Below are positions 45,766 through 54,355 of a DNA stretch of 64,000 nucleotides, in pieces. The stretch lies in assembly GCA_016184225.1 (NCBI GenBank), contig JACPDA010000004.1, positions 134,800-198,799 on the forward strand, given 5' to 3'. The notes under the pieces were generated by a model that had not been told where the DNA came from, made no database searches, and saw only the letters and a list, made by a program, of their open reading frames with translations. This DNA comes from Candidatus Daviesbacteria bacterium (lineage in GTDB: Bacteria > Patescibacteriota > Microgenomatia > Daviesbacterales > UBA10151). Position numbers and translations under genes: made by a program. Each line of letters starts with the position of its first letter. Within the stretch, counting starts at the first letter, position 1.

Positions 45766-46923
45766 ATGGCCATGTTTAAGCCTAGAATAAACAATCTTAG
45801 ACACAAACTTCTAGAAGAAAAACTGGACGGCGTTTTAATTTCTTCTGTTTCCAATATTAGCTATCTAACTGGTTTTACCAATTTTTCGGAAAAAGAGCGG
45901 GAGGCGTATATTTTTATTGGCAGCGATTTTGCCTACATTATTACTGATGCCAGGTATTCAGAGGCAGTAAAAAAACAGGTTCCACACTTAACCCTTTTTG
46001 AAAGAAGTCACAATAAACCAACCAAGACTCTATTTAAAAAACACCAAAAAGAGATAAAACAGCTAGGGATTGAAGAAGATAATTTAACAGTCTTAGAGCA
46101 CAAGTCTTTGAGCAAACATTTTAAAAAAATAAAACATTTTGATGTTTCCGGTTTAAGAAGTATTAAAAATGAAAAAGAAATCAGCAAAATAGAGAAGGCT
46201 TGCCGAATTGGGGATTTGGCTTTCGATTATATTGTAAAAAAGATTAGGACTGGAGTAACTGAAAAACAGATGGCAGAGGAGTTGGAAAATTTCATCAGAA
46301 GTAAAGGTGCTAGGTTTTCTTTTCCGCCGATTATAGCTTTTGGTAAAAATTCCAGTGTGCCGCATCATCAAACAGGTCCTTCGACTCTCTTCGTTCGCTC
46401 AGGACGAGAAGGACTAATTATCCTTCTCGATTTTGGTGTTAAGGTTGATAATTATTGTTCTGATATGACCAGGACTGTATTTTTCGGAAAACTAACTGGT
46501 AAACAAAAAGAAATTTATGAAGTGGTTTTGGCAGCCCAACAAAAAGCTGTGGGTTATATCAATTCTGTCCTTCGACTTCGCTCAGGATCTTCGACTAGAT
46601 CATTAAAAGCTTCTGAAGTGGACAAGGTTGCCAGGGATTATATTGTTTCCAAAGGTTATCCCACTATTCCCCATTCCTTGGGGCATGGAATCGGTTTGGA
46701 AGTGCACGAGCATCCCAGTCTATCACCCAAAAGCAGGGAAATTTTACAAGAAGGGATGGTTTTTTCGATTGAACCGGGAATATACATTCCTGATTTTGGC
46801 TCGCCTCGCTCGACGCGAGTCGAAGCGGGCGGAGTCAGGATTGAAGATTTATTTGTTTTGAAAGACAACGGGTTAAGGCAACTTACCAACTCGCCAAAGG
46901 GAATAATTTCTGTTAACATTTAG
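45766..46923 (+). CDS. pepP: Xaa-Pro aminopeptidase / M24 family peptidase
   Basis: M24 pita-bread fold motifs (HGLGHGIGLEVHE, SIEPGIY, GGVRIED). Three GC-rich palindromic in-frame insertions. Confidence 0.8.
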   Translation: MAMFKPRINNLRHKLLEEKLDGVLISSVSNISYLTGFTNFSEKEREAYIFIGSDFAYIITDARYSEAVKKQVPHLTLFERSHNKPTKTLFKKHQKEIKQLGIEEDNLTVLEHKSLSKHFKKIKHFDVSGLRSIKNEKEISKIEKACRIGDLAFDYIVKKIRTGVTEKQMAEELENFIRSKGARFSFPPIIAFGKNSSVPHHQTGPSTLFVRSGREGLIILLDFGVKVDNYCSDMTRTVFFGKLTGKQKEIYEVVLAAQQKAVGYINSVLRLRSGSSTRSLKASEVDKVARDYIVSKGYPTIPHSLGHGIGLEVHEHPSLSPKSREILQEGMVFSIEPGIYIPDFGSPRSTRVEAGGVRIEDLFVLKDNGLRQLTNSPKGIISVNI

Positions 46924-46932
46924 ACTTACAAT

Positions 46933-47502
46933 ATGGTAAAAATTCAAATTATTTTAGGAAGTACCAGACCTAACAGGTTTAGCGAAAAACCAGGTAAGTG
47001 GATATTTGAACTCTTGCAAAAGAGAGAAGGGATAGAAGCAGAACTTATTGATCTTCGGGATTATCCCTTGCCGTTTTTTAACGAACCGATGTCCCCCACC
47101 ATGCTAAAGGGTAAGTATTCAAATAAAGAAGCCGAGAGATGGGTCGAAAAAGTGGCCGAGGCTGATGGGTATATTATCGTGACTCCTGAGTATAATCATG
47201 GATACTCGGCTGTGTTAAAAAATGCCTTAGATTATCCCTATGAGCAATGGAATAATAAACCGGTGGGATTTGTAGCTTACGGCGGGATGGGTGGTGCCCG
47301 AGCTGTTGAGCAGTTAAGAGAAGTGGTAGTGGAATTACAAATGGTACCGATTAGAACCGCTGTACATATTCCAGCCTTTTGGACATTACTTGATGATAAA
47401 GGAAACCTCAAAACAGAAACTTTAAACGAAAGCGCAGAGGCAATGCTTGATCATTTGATCCGGTGGACTAAAGTTTTAAAAGAGGCAAGAGAGAAATTGT
47501 AA
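46933..47502 (+). CDS. NADPH-dependent FMN reductase / flavodoxin-like fold oxidoreductase
   Basis: 189 aa. N-terminal IQIILGSTRPNRFS, typical of FMN_red family proteins. Confidence 0.7.
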   Translation: MVKIQIILGSTRPNRFSEKPGKWIFELLQKREGIEAELIDLRDYPLPFFNEPMSPTMLKGKYSNKEAERWVEKVAEADGYIIVTPEYNHGYSAVLKNALDYPYEQWNNKPVGFVAYGGMGGARAVEQLREVVVELQMVPIRTAVHIPAFWTLLDDKGNLKTETLNESAEAMLDHLIRWTKVLKEAREKL

Positions 47503-47509
47503 AGCTTAA

Positions 47510-48031
47510 TTATTCCCGGTACAGCCAGAAATTATCTACTTTTTTAAATGGTTTCCAAGTTGAGAAATGGTAAGTTTGGGTGATCACCACAGTTCCCTTT
47601 TTGGTCTCTGTTTTTAGTCTCTCTTCCAGCCTTTTAACCCCTTTATGCAGCAGATAGATATAAATTACATCTGCATCTTTATATGTTTTGGAAAAGATAT
47701 TGCCATGGTAAAATTTTACCCTCCCAGACGTGGTCTGGGAAGCCTGGGAAGTTAATTTCAAGGCTTTGTATCTTGAATACGAAACACGTAGCCATGACTG
47801 CTCGATGCCAAAAGATTCTGCACCCAGTTTTGCTGCCTCAAAAACCACCCGGCCGTCACCTGACCCCAGTTCGTAAAATTTTTTACCCTTTTTAACACCA
47901 GCCAGTTTTAGGATTTTCCTGATTTGGTCCATTTTAGTTGGAACATATGGAGCATCAGATCCGGCAAACCAGGACAGGCTGATAAGACAACCCAGTAATA
48001 TGCCGGCCGAGATTATTAATGTAGTGTCCAT
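47510..48031 (-). CDS. Class I SAM-dependent methyltransferase
   Basis: Motif I FYELGSGDGRVVFEAA. Start chosen at the internal Met, overlapping the upstream stop as TAATG; the tool ORF extends to 48100. Confidence 0.65.
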   Translation of the reverse strand: MDTTLIISAGILLGCLISLSWFAGSDAPYVPTKMDQIRKILKLAGVKKGKKFYELGSGDGRVVFEAAKLGAESFGIEQSWLRVSYSRYKALKLTSQASQTTSGRVKFYHGNIFSKTYKDADVIYIYLLHKGVKRLEERLKTETKKGTVVITQTYHFSTWKPFKKVDNFWLYRE

Positions 48032-49059
48032 TATTTTCCCAGTAATTTTAACAGGAACACCTTGAGTGGAGTTAATTTGTCGATAACTGTAAACATCCAA
48101 TACACCGGCCAGTTAAAAACTAAATCATAAGTGCCAATATATTCGGTTAACTTTCCACCGTAACCTTGTTTAAATTTATGGAACCCGAACCAGGGATCTT
48201 TGGGGTCAGCGCTGGGACCCAATGCTCCCCACATGTCAAATTTCTTAAGCCCTAATTTTTGACCCAGTTTAATAGCCTCCCAAGCTACCAGATTATTTGC
48301 CATTACTTCAGGATGAATTTTAGAAGAACCACCGTAAGGGTAATAAAAAGTGTCTTTAAAATTTAGCAGCATCCAGGCAGTTAAGGGTATAGGGGTTAGG
48401 GTATAGGGTTTAGGGTAAAAGGCAATTAACAGTCTGGCCATGCCTGAACTTTTAAGTATTTTCCATACTTGGCGGTGATAATGTTCGTTGTGTCCGTGAT
48501 AACCTTGACGTTTAGTGGTTTCAAAATAAAGTTTTAGATAAATTTCAAAAGCCTCATCATCTGTACGTTCTTCAACTTTCACTCCGTGTTTCTGGGCTAT
48601 TTTGATGTTATATCTGGTTTTAGGGTGCAGATTTTTCAAAAGCTCCTCTTCTGATTTGGTTAGGTCTAATATAAAGTTGTACTTGGTAAATAATGGTTTA
48701 GGGGATTTTATAAATTCTTCTGTTGCCTGTAACCTGTTGCCTGTAACCTGTTCTATATCTGGCTCGACTTTAATAAAGGCACAATTGTTTTCTTTGCCAA
48801 TTTTTTTTAGGGCTACTGCTAATTCTTTATCCGGAAATGGGCCTTTTGGTAAGTATCCGACGTACTGATTAGTTAAGGGGATTTTATGTAAAGTTAACTG
48901 GAAAGCCTTTGATAATTTTCCGTTTTGGTAAATACCATATCTTAAAACCGGAATCCCTAAACTCTTTCTAAACTCCCCCCACTGCCAGGACTCTATAACA
49001 TGGGTAACTAATTTATTGTACTGTGATTTTTGATTGTCGCCAATCGGCCGTAAATCCAT
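48031..49059 (-). CDS. FemAB-family (GNAT-fold) peptidoglycan bridge-formation-like protein
   Basis: 342 aa. FemAB-like N-terminal region (WQWGEFRKSLG...YVGYLPKGP). Contains in-frame heptamer/11-mer repeats at 48381-48420 and 48721-48753. Confidence 0.6.
   Translation of the reverse strand: MDLRPIGDNQKSQYNKLVTHVIESWQWGEFRKSLGIPVLRYGIYQNGKLSKAFQLTLHKIPLTNQYVGYLPKGPFPDKELAVALKKIGKENNCAFIKVEPDIEQVTGNRLQATEEFIKSPKPLFTKYNFILDLTKSEEELLKNLHPKTRYNIKIAQKHGVKVEERTDDEAFEIYLKLYFETTKRQGYHGHNEHYHRQVWKILKSSGMARLLIAFYPKPYTLTPIPLTAWMLLNFKDTFYYPYGGSSKIHPEVMANNLVAWEAIKLGQKLGLKKFDMWGALGPSADPKDPWFGFHKFKQGYGGKLTEYIGTYDLVFNWPVYWMFTVIDKLTPLKVFLLKLLGK
48381..48420. repeat. TAGGGTA/TAGGGTT heptamer array in-frame in the FemAB-like gene
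   Basis: TTAAGGGTATAGGGGTTAGGGTATAGGGTTTAGGGTAAAA; minus-strand translation KPYTLTPIPLT. Confidence 0.8.
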
Positions 49060-49076
49060 GCGACAAGTATATCAGA

Positions 49077-49736
49077 TTAGAAGATCTGAATTTTAGCTTT
49101 AGTCTTAAGTTCTTGGAATTTTTGGGAAAAGATTTGGGATAATTTTTGGCTTTTAATCGTTTCCGTTGCCTCTTTTTCCTGCCCGGCAGAATCGCTGGCC
49201 CGTAGTTGGTCTTTATTTTGTTCGATGAATTTGTTAACTTCTTCTGCAGAAACAGTTGCCTCGTTTGCATATAATTTCTCAATGCTGAGCTGTAACCTAA
49301 TTTGTTGTCTGATGCTATCCCTGGTTTGTCCTTGTTGGGCTAAAAGCGCATCCAGAGACTCTGCTCCTCCCACACCGGTTTCTATCTCTGTGATTTTCTT
49401 ATTAACCTCTGTCTCAGACGCTACTGCATTATTTTTGATGGCTTCACTTAAAATAATTTTTTCATTAATTAATTGGTTTAAAGTTTGAGAACGGAATTGC
49501 TTATTAAGCTTCATTTGCAGTTCTAAATTTGTAATAGGAGAGCCGTTGACTGTGGCAGCAATAAACCATTCTTTTTTATATATTACTAAAAGCAGGAGCC
49601 CTGCAATTGCTAAAATGATATAGAATTTTTTTGAAGAGCGGAACCTTTTCAAGGAAGATAGTTTATCCAAAACATTATTAACCCTGTTAAATGGACGAGC
49701 CGATTCGATTTTTTTGAGAGGTATTTTTTTCGCCAT
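49077..49736 (-). CDS. SurA N-terminal domain-containing protein (periplasmic chaperone-like)
   Basis: N-terminal TM, then SurA_N-like region FIAATVNGSPITNLELQMKLNKQ. Start MAKKIPL chosen inside the tool ORF 49077-49799. Confidence 0.6.
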   Translation of the reverse strand: MAKKIPLKKIESARPFNRVNNVLDKLSSLKRFRSSKKFYIILAIAGLLLLVIYKKEWFIAATVNGSPITNLELQMKLNKQFRSQTLNQLINEKIILSEAIKNNAVASETEVNKKITEIETGVGGAESLDALLAQQGQTRDSIRQQIRLQLSIEKLYANEATVSAEEVNKFIEQNKDQLRASDSAGQEKEATETIKSQKLSQIFSQKFQELKTKAKIQIF

Positions 49737-49793
49737 TGACCGATAATAACAGAACTTGTTGTTTCTTGGCAATAGCAGAGTTATGATTATTTT

Positions 49794-50426
49794 GTGCAAA
49801 AAGGTTCTGTCACACTTTTTCTTTTATTTGCAGGGTTAATAGTTGTAATCGGTTTTTTTGCCTTCAGGCAATTGAAACTGCCGTCCTCAAATCTTCAATC
49901 GCCGGGTGTCATTGCCTCACCCTTACCTGATAGTCCTACTTATACCGATCAGGAATTAGGCTTTGAATTTGAATACCCTAAAGATTTATCTGTTAAAGAG
50001 GATTCGGAAGAGCAGTTTAACAAAAGAGGCAATGGAAATTTTAGAGAAAACTTTAAGGGTTATGTGGGGTATGAACCTGCTAAAGCTTTGGGTGCAGTAG
50101 TGGCATTAGATCAAGAAAATGGTTTTGAGACAAGTCCATTTACAATTTGGGTATTTAACAATGATAACAATTTAACAACAGAACAATGGTTTAAAGATTA
50201 TTGGTATTACCCTTTCCTTTGGGGAGTCTTTGACTATACATCAAAAGGGCATATTACACCGGATAGCGAGGCCACAGTGAGCGGAAGGATGGCGAAATAT
50301 AAAATTGTTTCTTACCAACCCGGTTCTCCGAAATTTTTGTATGTATCTAAGGATAAGAAAATATATTTGTTTAGGGTAATTGGGGAGAATGGGGATAAAA
50401 TTCTATCTTCATTTAAGTTTTTATAA
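49794..50426 (+). CDS. Hypothetical exported protein
   Basis: 210 aa. N-terminal TM/signal; no recognisable domain. Confidence 0.35.
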   Translation: MQKGSVTLFLLFAGLIVVIGFFAFRQLKLPSSNLQSPGVIASPLPDSPTYTDQELGFEFEYPKDLSVKEDSEEQFNKRGNGNFRENFKGYVGYEPAKALGAVVALDQENGFETSPFTIWVFNNDNNLTTEQWFKDYWYYPFLWGVFDYTSKGHITPDSEATVSGRMAKYKIVSYQPGSPKFLYVSKDKKIYLFRVIGENGDKILSSFKFL

Positions 50427-50429
50427 TAG

Positions 50430-50699
50430 ATGAAGATTGTCTTCACTGTACATGTATTAGAAGATTCAATTCCTAGATTTGAAAGATTAGGTTGGGTGAT
50501 TACCAAAACAAAAATTAGACAAACGATAAAAGAGCCTAAATGGAAAGGAATAACCAGATTCGGACAGCCAACAGCTATGAGTTTAATGGACGAAAGCCAT
50601 ATTTTGAGAGTTATTTTTGAGGTGGAAGATGATATAATTAGAGTAATTACAGCACATATTGCAAGGAGAGGTACTTATGAAAGCACTAAAAAGAATTAA
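50430..50699 (+). CDS. DUF4258-like protein (putative toxin of a two-gene pair)
   Basis: 89 aa. Overlaps the downstream DUF2283-like gene; this pairing is typical of putative toxin-antitoxin modules. Confidence 0.5.
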   Translation: MKIVFTVHVLEDSIPRFERLGWVITKTKIRQTIKEPKWKGITRFGQPTAMSLMDESHILRVIFEVEDDIIRVITAHIARRGTYESTKKN

Positions 50700-50928
50700 A
50701 TATAGTGAGGATGTTGACATCTTAACTATTCAATTATCTGATAAAAAGATTGATGATTCTTACGATACTGAATATGGAATTGTTAGCGTGGCTGAAGACG
50801 GAGAGCCAATTTTATTAGAAATTTTTAATGCCGGTAAGTTTTTGAAGGATTTAAATAAAGCCATTCCAAAGAAGATCCAGCGAGAACTTTGGTCGACTCC
50901 AGTTTCAGTAGCCCATAGAATTAAATAA
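50659..50928 (+). CDS. DUF2283-like protein (putative antitoxin partner)
   Basis: 89 aa. YDTEYGIV...EDGEPILLEI pattern. Confidence 0.5.
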   Translation: MQGEVLMKALKRIKYSEDVDILTIQLSDKKIDDSYDTEYGIVSVAEDGEPILLEIFNAGKFLKDLNKAIPKKIQRELWSTPVSVAHRIK

Positions 50929-51088
50929 CAAATATGATTATCCATAAGGCTACCTGTGGTCTTTGCAAACCGACCAAAAAGTTTAAGAGAAATGATACTA
51001 AGATAAAAGGTGTTTTACTTGAAGCTATGCTTTCTGGTGATTTAACTGCGAATTTAATCAAAAGCTACGAAAAAAGATTTAAGCAATA

Positions 51089-51595
51089 ATGCAAAAAGGA
51101 TTTGTAATAATTCCTATTTTGATTGGCCTAGTGATAATAGGAGGGGTAGCTGGGGCTTGGTATACAAAGCTAATTCAGATTCCGGGTTTTGCTCCGCCTG
51201 GATGCCGTTACCAGAAGGTTCAATGTATCCAGGCTCCCTGTGACCCAATATTAGTCTGCGGTACTCTATCGCTTACTGTCCAGCCTACTCCAACCACCCC
51301 TACTGCGCCTGATGAAACTACAGCATGTGTTAAGGAAAAACAAAAGCAATTTGGAGAAAGCAAATTTAAGAAAGGTGATTTGATAGTTGGGTTCAAAATA
51401 ACTGATCCAAAAGAGGCTCAAACCATCATCAAATCTTATGGATTAGGAATTGAGTCTGTAGGAGATCCTGAGCATATTCAACCTTTAACGATAGATGTTG
51501 CCGTTCCTACGGGAGAAGAATTTTTTTGGCTTTGTAAGCTGCAGCAAAATCCAAACATAGAGGCTGTTTCGTTGAATTTTATATTGAATATCTAA
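51089..51595 (+). CDS. Hypothetical exported protein
   Basis: 168 aa. N-terminal TM; Cys-containing; no recognisable domain. Confidence 0.35.
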   Translation: MQKGFVIIPILIGLVIIGGVAGAWYTKLIQIPGFAPPGCRYQKVQCIQAPCDPILVCGTLSLTVQPTPTTPTAPDETTACVKEKQKQFGESKFKKGDLIVGFKITDPKEAQTIIKSYGLGIESVGDPEHIQPLTIDVAVPTGEEFFWLCKLQQNPNIEAVSLNFILNI

Positions 51596-51610
51596 AAGTT
51601 TTTCTAAGTC

Positions 51611-52348
51611 TTACAGTAAGTAAATATCTACAAATTTTGCTCTCCAGCCTGCAGTTCTTGCATCATCAAAGCCTAAGTCAATAATATTCCCTTTAATGGA
51701 TCCGCCGGTGTCTCCGGCAATGGCTGAACCATATCCGGGAATATAAACTTTTGATCTCAGCTTGATAACTTTGGGATCAACTGCGATCACCCCCTTGCCG
51801 GCCCGCATGCCGATGGCAGTCCATTCGTTGCAACCAGGACAGCGGGAGTCATAATGAGTGGCATAAACTCTCATTTTTTTCCAATATTTAATTTCTCCAT
51901 CCGGAGTGTCCAGTGTTCTCCAGACTATTTTTGTCCCCCGCAAGATCTTTTTGTCTTTAGCCGGAGTTGTTTCAACAGAAATAAGTTCCCTGGAGTACTC
52001 TTCCTGGTCCACCTCGGGGGAGCCAGAGCTCACCCCCGAGGTGTTTGCCGGTTTGTAGTATGTCACTTTAAATATCTTTATTTTTTTGCCATCCTCTCCT
52101 TCTTCCAAAATTTTTTCTTCCCCGGCTTCGGTTTCCGGGTCGTCCTGGTAGGTAACCTTTTTAGGCAGGATCTCTGTTTCTTCCTGCAACTTTTCCGTAA
52201 AAGAAGACTCTGTAGTAATAGGTTGGTTAACTGGCAAAGTTTCCGTGGGGGAAGGGGTGGATTGCCCTAGAACTGATGGGGTTTGGAAAATACTTTTAGC
52301 AAAAAATGTTAAGGATAGGATTAATATAATTCCTAAGTATTTCTCCAT
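51611..52348 (-). CDS. 3D-domain protein (MltA/RpfB-like cell-wall binding or lytic)
   Basis: C-terminal 3D domain VYATHYDSRCPGCNEWTAIGMRAGKGVIAVDPKVIKL...GDTGGSIKGNIIDL. Carries an in-frame CACCTCGGGGG...CCCCCGAGGTG palindrome at 52008-52045. Confidence 0.75.
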   Translation of the reverse strand: MEKYLGIILILSLTFFAKSIFQTPSVLGQSTPSPTETLPVNQPITTESSFTEKLQEETEILPKKVTYQDDPETEAGEEKILEEGEDGKKIKIFKVTYYKPANTSGVSSGSPEVDQEEYSRELISVETTPAKDKKILRGTKIVWRTLDTPDGEIKYWKKMRVYATHYDSRCPGCNEWTAIGMRAGKGVIAVDPKVIKLRSKVYIPGYGSAIAGDTGGSIKGNIIDLGFDDARTAGWRAKFVDIYLL

Positions 52349-52349
52349 G

Positions 52350-54326
52350 TTAAATTCTTAACCACTCATCTTCCTCAACTGGACTGGAATTATCTATTTC
52401 ACCAAGATCATCAACATCTTTGTAGTTTGCATTGCTGGAAATTAAACTCTCTGGAATATCTGATAAGAATCTAGATACCAGATTATTGCTTCTTTGGCCA
52501 AAATACAACCTTTGCCTGGCATAGGTTAAATATAGCTTTTCTTTAGCCCGGGTAATGCCGACGTAACAAAGCCGTCTTTCTTCTTCTAACTCCCTGACAT
52601 CCAACATGGCCCGGGAATGGGGGAATAAGCCTTCTTCCATACCCACTATAAAAACTACCGGGAACTCCAAACCTTTGGCGGAGTGGAGAGTCATTAAGGT
52701 AACTGCATCCTTTTTCGGTGTGTCGGTGTGTCGGTGTGTCGGTGTGTCAGATGCTTCCACTAAGGCCACATTTTCCAAAAATTGGGTTAAATCAGGAAAT
52801 TCTTCTGCCACTGAACGGAGTTCCTTAACGTTTTCCATCCGCATTTTGCCTTCTTCGCTGCTGTCATCTAGGTATTCAAGATAACTTGTGACTTGTAGGA
52901 TTTTATCCAGTAGCTCCAGGGTAGTATAAGGCAAATTGTCATTGCGAGGAGCCGTAGGCGACGCCGCAATCTGGGTAGGATTATTGTCTGGACTAGATTG
53001 CTTCGCTTCGCTCGCAATGACGTTTTGGAGTTCCATGATTTTTGAAAGCCTGCCTTTGCCAATTTTTTCTGCTCTTTTTAGGGAAACAGAATCTTTGGGG
53101 TTTTGTAGCAAACGAAGATAAGCCAGGACATCTTTAATCTCTTTTCTGGCATAAAAGCTGACACCACCAACTAACTGGTAAGGCATGCCTACTTTTAGGA
53201 ACTGCTCTTCCAAGCTTCTGGATTGGGCATTAGTACGGTATAAAATGGCAAAGTCAGATAGTTTTGTTGCACCCTTGGGGTGTGGTATTAAGGGATGAGT
53301 AATAGTATGTAAAATAAACAAGGCTTCTTCAACTTCGTTTCTTACCTCAACTACTTCAATTTTTTCGCCGCCGTCTTTATTGGTCCAAAGTTTTAAGATG
53401 GGATGGGATTTATTTTTGGAAATAATTGCATGTGCCGCATCCAGGATATTTTGGGTGGAGCGATAGTTTTGTTCCAAGTTAAAGATCTTAGCAGTTGGGT
53501 AATCTTTTTGGAAATTAACAATGTTGCGAAAATCAGCTCCCCGGAAGGAATAAATTGATTGGCTGGCGTCTCCCACCACACAGATATTTTTGTGGCGGTT
53601 GCTTAAGTATTTACTGATTAAATATTGGGCCGGGTTAGTATCCTGGTATTCATCTATTAATATGTAACGGAATTGAATTTGGTAGCGGACAAGAATGCTG
53701 GGGTCAGTTTGGAATAATTTAATGACCCCGAGTAGTAGGTCATCAAAATCCAGGGCATGGTTTCGCTCCAAAATCTTCTGGTATTCTAAATATATTTTGG
53801 CTACAGTTTCCTGAAAATAACCTCTGGCATATTGGGGGTATTCCAAAGCAGAAATCAGTTCATTCTTGGCTCCTGATATGTTATTCCGGACAGCAGCAGG
53901 AGAAGTTTTCTGAGTCGGGATATTTAGATTTGCCATGGCTTCTTTAATAGCATCCAAAGCATCCCCTTCGTCATAGATGGCAAACCCCGGGGGGAGTCCC
54001 AGGATCCGACCCTCACGGCGGAGAATCCTGGCGCAAAAACTGTGGAATGTACCCATTATTGGAAGCTGGAAATTAGAAGCTGGAGGCTGGAAATTCAGAA
54101 GTTTTAAGATCCGATCCCGCATCTCGCCGGCGGCTTTGTTAGTGAACGTGACCATAAGAATACTTTCTGGTGGTACACTTTTTTCCTGGATTAAATAAGC
54201 CACCCGATGGGTTAGGGCTTTGGTTTTACCGGAACCGGCCCCGGCCAAAATTAAAACAGGACCCTCGGTGGCCTGAACTGCCTGTTTTTGGATGGGGTTT
54301 AAGTCATCTAAGAGGGAATTGGGCAT
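52350..54326 (-). CDS. UvrD/PcrA-family ATP-dependent DNA helicase
   Basis: Motif I GAGSGKTKALTHRVAYLI, motif II DEYQDTN, motif VI YVGITRAKEKL. Carries an in-frame GTCATTGCGAG element (52938-53021) and a TGTCGGTG x4 repeat (52716-52748). Confidence 0.85.
   Translation of the reverse strand: MPNSLLDDLNPIQKQAVQATEGPVLILAGAGSGKTKALTHRVAYLIQEKSVPPESILMVTFTNKAAGEMRDRILKLLNFQPPASNFQLPIMGTFHSFCARILRREGRILGLPPGFAIYDEGDALDAIKEAMANLNIPTQKTSPAAVRNNISGAKNELISALEYPQYARGYFQETVAKIYLEYQKILERNHALDFDDLLLGVIKLFQTDPSILVRYQIQFRYILIDEYQDTNPAQYLISKYLSNRHKNICVVGDASQSIYSFRGADFRNIVNFQKDYPTAKIFNLEQNYRSTQNILDAAHAIISKNKSHPILKLWTNKDGGEKIEVVEVRNEVEEALFILHTITHPLIPHPKGATKLSDFAILYRTNAQSRSLEEQFLKVGMPYQLVGGVSFYARKEIKDVLAYLRLLQNPKDSVSLKRAEKIGKGRLSKIMELQNVIASEAKQSSPDNNPTQIAASPTAPRNDNLPYTTLELLDKILQVTSYLEYLDDSSEEGKMRMENVKELRSVAEEFPDLTQFLENVALVEASDTPTHRHTDTPKKDAVTLMTLHSAKGLEFPVVFIVGMEEGLFPHSRAMLDVRELEEERRLCYVGITRAKEKLYLTYARQRLYFGQRSNNLVSRFLSDIPESLISSNANYKDVDDLGEIDNSSPVEEDEWLRI
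52716..52748. repeat. TGTCGGTG octamer-like tandem repeat in-frame in uvrD
   Basis: CGGTGTGTCGGTGTGTCGGTGTGTCGGTGTGTC, read as DTPTHRHTDTP. Confidence 0.8.
52938..53021. mobile_element. GTCATTGCGAG...CTCGCAATGAC MITE-like element in-frame in uvrD (84 nt)
   Basis: GTCATTGCGAG..CGCAATC + GATTGC...CTCGCAATGAC. Inserted peptide SEAKQSSPDNNPTQIAASPTAPRNDNL. Confidence 0.8.
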
Positions 54327-54355
54327 AAACGGGCTTTAGTATAGCAGGTTTTTAT

